A stretch of DNA of 64,000 bases from Candidatus Binataceae bacterium (GTDB lineage Bacteria; Desulfobacterota; Binatia; Binatales; Binataceae), in NCBI GenBank assembly GCA_035308025.1, contig DATGHL010000047.1, positions 430 to 64,429 of the forward strand, read 5' to 3'. Positions 58,799 through 64,000 of the stretch are shown here, one piece after another. Below the pieces are notes generated by a model. The model was not told the DNA's origin and did not search any database. It saw only the letters and a list, made by a program, of their open reading frames with translations. Every line of letters begins with the position of its first letter. The first letter of the stretch is position 1. A program made the translations under genes and the position numbers.

Positions 58799-59974
58799 TC
58801 AGGCGTAGGAAGAAGCCGGACGCAGCCGCGTGAGTAACAGGCAGCCAACGATAGTGACCCCGCCGGTGAGCGCGATGGCCGTCGAGTAGCTGCCGGTGCG
58901 ATCAACGATCGCCCCGCAGAGCGGCGGACCCAGCAGCGTGCCGATCGCGCTGCTGGTATAGAGCGTGCCGAGCATCACACCAAGGCCGCGCGTGCCGAAC
59001 AGCTCGGCCATCACGGCCGGGGTCAGCGTGACTGCGCCGCCATAGCTCGCGCCCATCACCAGGGCAAAGATTGCGAGCATCAGATATGAATCGGCGACGA
59101 ACCAGATCGAGAAGCTCAAGCCCAGGGACAGGATACAGAGCCGGTAAAGGTGGATGAGGCCGATGCGGTCGCCGAGCGTGCCGAGGCCCAGACGTCCGAC
59201 CGTGCTCGCGAGACCGATCAAGCTGACTAACGCGGCGGCGCTGACCCTGCCGATGCCATGGCCCTCGGCATACGGCGTCAGAAAAACAAAGGGCACGGCG
59301 GTGGCGATCGTCCAGAGCATCCCGGCCAGATAGAGCATCACGAAATTCGGCGTGCGCAATTGCGGGCCGATGTGGAACGATGCGATTGCGGGCTGATGCG
59401 GCGGGCGCTCGGCGAGCGCGGCGCAGATCATCAGCAGCACCGCCGCAGCCACTCCGAGTCCGAGGTCGGCGTCGCGCCAGCCCCAACGTCCGATCAATTC
59501 CGCGCTCAAGGGCGGAATCGCCAACGTACCCGCGCCGATGCCCGAGACCGCAATCCCCAGAGCAGTGTTGCGCCGCCGCGTGAACCATCCGCTGACCCCA
59601 GAGACCAGCGGCACGTAGCAGCAGGCCACGCCGGCGCCTACGCCCAGACCATAGGTAAGATAGGCCATTTGTAGACGCGCGATGAAGGTGGTGGCGATCA
59701 GTCCCGCAGCCATCGCGAGCGCACCGAAAGCGACAATCGGCCGCGGGCCGAGGCGATCAGAGAGATGGCCCGTAAGCGGCCCCAGCATGAAGTAGATGAA
59801 GGCGGTTATCGCAAATATCGCGGAGGTGGTTTCGCGGCTGGCGCCGAATTCAGTGGCCATCGGCCGAAAGAAAGCGCCGAAGCTATAAACGATGCCGAAG
59901 ACCGTGAACGTCGCGAGGAAGCTGCTCGCGACAATCCGCCAGCCGCGCAGTGAATCGTGCGAGACGCTACCCAC
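58799..59974 (-). CDS. MFS transporter, OFA/monocarboxylate-like family (paralog of 32137-33348)
   Basis: 391 aa with about 55% identity to the other OFA-type MFS in this window (FGIVYSFGAFFRP...EFGASR...SAIFAITA). Confidence 0.75.
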   Translation of the reverse strand: MGSVSHDSLRGWRIVASSFLATFTVFGIVYSFGAFFRPMATEFGASRETTSAIFAITAFIYFMLGPLTGHLSDRLGPRPIVAFGALAMAAGLIATTFIARLQMAYLTYGLGVGAGVACCYVPLVSGVSGWFTRRRNTALGIAVSGIGAGTLAIPPLSAELIGRWGWRDADLGLGVAAAVLLMICAALAERPPHQPAIASFHIGPQLRTPNFVMLYLAGMLWTIATAVPFVFLTPYAEGHGIGRVSAAALVSLIGLASTVGRLGLGTLGDRIGLIHLYRLCILSLGLSFSIWFVADSYLMLAIFALVMGASYGGAVTLTPAVMAELFGTRGLGVMLGTLYTSSAIGTLLGPPLCGAIVDRTGSYSTAIALTGGVTIVGCLLLTRLRPASSYA

Positions 59975-60014
59975 CGCAATTTTTGCGCGATTTGTCTGTG
60001 GCGGTTCGGTGCTG

Positions 60015-61793
60015 TCAGTCGCGGAGGCGGGCCGTGATCTCGCGATGCTGGTCGAGCAGAGTCGCCGGCAAGGTCGGGCCGATTTCGTTCAGGAAGCGGC
60101 CGGCCGATTCCATTTCGCGGCGCCATTCTTCGGCATCGACCGTCAGAGCCTGTTCCAATTGGCGGGGGTTGATCTCGAGGCCGGTCAGATCGAGATCAGC
60201 GCGCGCCGGCACGATTCCGACCGGCGTGCGACGACCCTCGGCGCACCCGTCTATCCGATCGAGCATCCACTTGAGCACGCGCAGATTCTCGCCATAGCCG
60301 GGCCAGAGGAAATGACCGCTGCCGTCCTTGCGGAACCAGTTGACCATGAAGAGACGCGGCGGCTGCGTGATCTTATCGCGCATCGCCAGCCAGTGGCCGA
60401 GATAATCGCCGATGTTGTAACCGCAGAAGGGCAGCATCGCCATCGGATCGCGCCGCACGACGCCGACCTGGCCGGCGGCGGCCGCGGTGGTTTCGGAACC
60501 CATAATCGCGCCCATGAAAACGCCATGCGTCCAGTCTGTCGCTTCGAGGACGAGCGGCATCGTGGTGGCGCGCCGACCGCCGAAGATGATCGCGGAAATC
60601 GGTACGCCCTGAGGATCTTCAGCGTGCGGCGAGAGCACGGGATTGTTGGTCATCGGGGCGGTAAAGCGGCTATTGGGATGGGCGGCCCGTTCGCCGGAAT
60701 CCTTGCGCCACGCGCGGCCGCGCCAGTCGATCAGATGATCGGGCGCGGCGACGTCCATGCCTTCCCACCAGACGTCGCCATCGGGCGTCATCGCGACGTT
60801 GGTGAAGAGCGAATCGCGATGCAACGTGGCGAGCGCGTTGGGATTGGACTTTGCGCTGGTGCCGGGCGCAACGCCGAAGTAGCCGTTCTCGGGATTGATT
60901 GCCCATAGTCCGCCGTCCGCGCCGACGCGCAGCCAGGCGATGTCGTCGCCGACCGTGAAGACTTTCCAGTCGCCAAGAGCGGCGGGCGGCAGGAGCATCG
61001 CGAGGTTGGTCTTGCCGCAGGCGCTGGGAAAGGCGGCGGCGATATAGCGGGTTACACCGGCCGGACTGCGCAGGCCGACGATTAACATATGCTCGGCCAT
61101 CCAGCCTTCGCGGCGGCCGAGACAACTCGCGATTCGCAAGGCGAAGCATTTTTTGCTGAGCAGCGCGTTGCCGCCATAGCCGCTGCCGACCGACCAGATG
61201 GTGTTGTCCTGCGGAAAATGGCAAATGAAGCGCTTCGCCGGATCGAGATCGAGGGTGCAGTGCAGGCCGCGGTTGAAGTCCGCGGAATCGCCGAGCATCG
61301 TCAGCGCCGCGCGGCCCATGCGGGTCATGATGCGCATGCTCAGGGCGACATAGATGCTATCGGTGATTTCGACGCCGACCTTGGCGAAGGGCGAACCGAG
61401 CGGACCCATGACGTAGGGGATGACGTACATCGTGCGCCCGCGCATCGAGTCCTTCAGCAGCGCGCCGAGCTTGCGATAGGCGTCGGCCGGGGCCATCCAA
61501 TTGTTCGTGGCGCCGGCGTCCTCGCGCGTCGGTGAGCAGACGAAGGTAACATCCTCGGTGCGCGCAACGTCATTCGGATTGGAACGATGGAGGTAACAGC
61601 CCGGGCGCTGCGACTGGTTCAACGGGAGCAACACCCCGGCGGCGACTGCGGCCTGCGTCAGGCGCTCGCGCTCGTCGTCGGAGCCGTCGCAGCAGACGAT
61701 CCGATCGGGCCGGGTCAGCCGCGCAGCTTCACTGATCCAGGCGTTGAGCGTGGCGTTGGCGGTTAGTTGCGAGTCGGAGGGGCCTAAGCTCAC
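60015..61793 (-). CDS. pckG: Phosphoenolpyruvate carboxykinase (GTP)
   Basis: 592 aa. The N-terminus has ..PDRIVCCDGSDDE. The kinase-1a/GTP-PEPCK signature motifs are present and the size is right. Confidence 0.85.
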   Translation of the reverse strand: MSLGPSDSQLTANATLNAWISEAARLTRPDRIVCCDGSDDERERLTQAAVAAGVLLPLNQSQRPGCYLHRSNPNDVARTEDVTFVCSPTREDAGATNNWMAPADAYRKLGALLKDSMRGRTMYVIPYVMGPLGSPFAKVGVEITDSIYVALSMRIMTRMGRAALTMLGDSADFNRGLHCTLDLDPAKRFICHFPQDNTIWSVGSGYGGNALLSKKCFALRIASCLGRREGWMAEHMLIVGLRSPAGVTRYIAAAFPSACGKTNLAMLLPPAALGDWKVFTVGDDIAWLRVGADGGLWAINPENGYFGVAPGTSAKSNPNALATLHRDSLFTNVAMTPDGDVWWEGMDVAAPDHLIDWRGRAWRKDSGERAAHPNSRFTAPMTNNPVLSPHAEDPQGVPISAIIFGGRRATTMPLVLEATDWTHGVFMGAIMGSETTAAAAGQVGVVRRDPMAMLPFCGYNIGDYLGHWLAMRDKITQPPRLFMVNWFRKDGSGHFLWPGYGENLRVLKWMLDRIDGCAEGRRTPVGIVPARADLDLTGLEINPRQLEQALTVDAEEWRREMESAGRFLNEIGPTLPATLLDQHREITARLRD

Positions 61794-62044
61794 CTTGTGC
61801 TCCGTGTTTGATCGCCCGGGCCTCTTCGCGACATTCCAGCTTTGCCGTAGTCAGCCAGTGGCGAAATCGCGGATTTTCCGGTTTACGTAAAGTATTAGGA
61901 AACCCCTATTGGAAGCAATGGATAATCCCTTGAGCCCGACGCGCTGATTGGGCCCGATTTTTCCACCCGGAAGCGAACACCAGGCTGATCCCCTCGCATT
62001 ACCGTCCTTAGCGCGCCGTGCTATTTTGTGCTCCGGGCAGCTCG

Positions 62045-63649
<1,605 letters not shown>

Positions 63650-63693
63650 GTGTGCACTCGGAACCAAGAGGCAGCCGCAAAAGCGATGCTCAT

Positions 63694-64000
63694 ATGACAG
63701 TCACCGCCGAAGAGATCCAGAGTCGCGTCGCCGGCATTGCGCCGATCCTCGCCGCGAACGTGCAGGCCTGCATTGAGGCGCGGCGGGTCGTGCCGGCCAG
63801 TCGCGACGCGATGGTTGGTGCGGGACTCTTCCGCATCCCGCAACCTGCGCGTGTCGGCGGTTACGAATTGCCTTTGCGCATCCTGGGTGACGCGGTGACT
63901 GCCGTCTCCGAAGCCTGTCCCGCGAGCGGCTGGGTTCTGATGGTGATGGCGGCGCATCATTTTTGTCTCGGCACGTTTCCCGAGCGCGCGCAGGATGATG
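63694..64000 (+). CDS. Acyl-CoA dehydrogenase-like / flavin-dependent oxygenase family protein. The 3' end is truncated by the window edge.
   Basis: The ORF is open from the ATG at 63694 to the window end. The N-terminus (MTVTAEEIQSRVAGIAPILAANVQACIEARRVVPASRDAMVGAGLFRIPQP) is typical of ACAD/DszC/HpaB-like N-termini. It is absent from the ORF track because no stop lies in the window. Confidence 0.4.
   Translation, partial: MTVTAEEIQSRVAGIAPILAANVQACIEARRVVPASRDAMVGAGLFRIPQPARVGGYELPLRILGDAVTAVSEACPASGWVLMVMAAHHFCLGTFPERAQDD

Noticed and set aside
61794-62040. Possible sigma-54 (-24/-12) promoters in the pckG / GAF-activator divergent region (CTGGCTGACTACGGCAAAG on minus; AGGCTGATCCCCTCGCA on plus)
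   Set aside because: GG-to-GC spacing is 9 or 11 nt rather than the required 10, and the TGGCAC/TTGCA cores are poorly matched.

Overview
This is high-GC (about 65-68%) bacterial chromosomal DNA. The phylum cannot be determined from the sequence alone.

From 5' to 3' the window contains:
- the 3' end of a Gloeo_Verruco (GloVer)-type tandem-repeat protein with a Thr/Pro linker;
- a selenium-binding-protein (SBP56)/methanethiol-oxidase homolog, followed by a His-rich membrane protein, a GMC oxidoreductase and a DHA2 MFS pump;
- a small GST / SRPBCC / ArsR cluster with a perfect palindromic operator at the arsR start;
- an orphan 798-aa MMPL/RND exporter;
- a complete pdhA-pdhB-E2-lpd-lipB-lipA operon on the minus strand;
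- a Tat-signal, degenerate Fe/Mn-SOD-like protein translationally coupled to an MFS transporter;
- an M20 amidohydrolase;
- a HIT-like small protein, a cupredoxin and a cytochrome c directly upstream of a TolC/MFP/HME-RND (CusCBA/CzcCBA-type) heavy-metal efflux operon;
- an SMP-30 lactonase and a peroxiredoxin;
- an accessory locus at roughly 30.4-38.5 kb (described below);
- an AcrAB-type RND pair;
- a 14-gene dcw division/cell-wall cluster (mraZ to ftsZ);
- an OFA-type MFS paralog, GTP-dependent PEPCK, a GAF/sigma-54 activator and the 5' end of an acyl-CoA-dehydrogenase-like gene.

The accessory locus is the strongest candidate for an undescribed system. It encodes two signal-peptide proteins of unknown function (453 aa and 693 aa) that look like the DUF1329 (LolA-like) and DUF1302 pairing. 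Between them lie an OFA-family MFS transporter, a membrane ICMT-like methyltransferase, and a frameshifted, truncated tandem duplicate of the 693-aa gene.

Three unusual features sit in the dcw cluster. An array of five GTGG boxes with 10-bp periodicity overlaps the mraZ start. FtsI carries a C-terminal PASTA-like domain. FtsZ carries two tandem copies of its conserved C-terminal peptide. The cluster lacks murF and ddl.

No tRNA, rRNA, CRISPR or IS/transposase genes were recognised.
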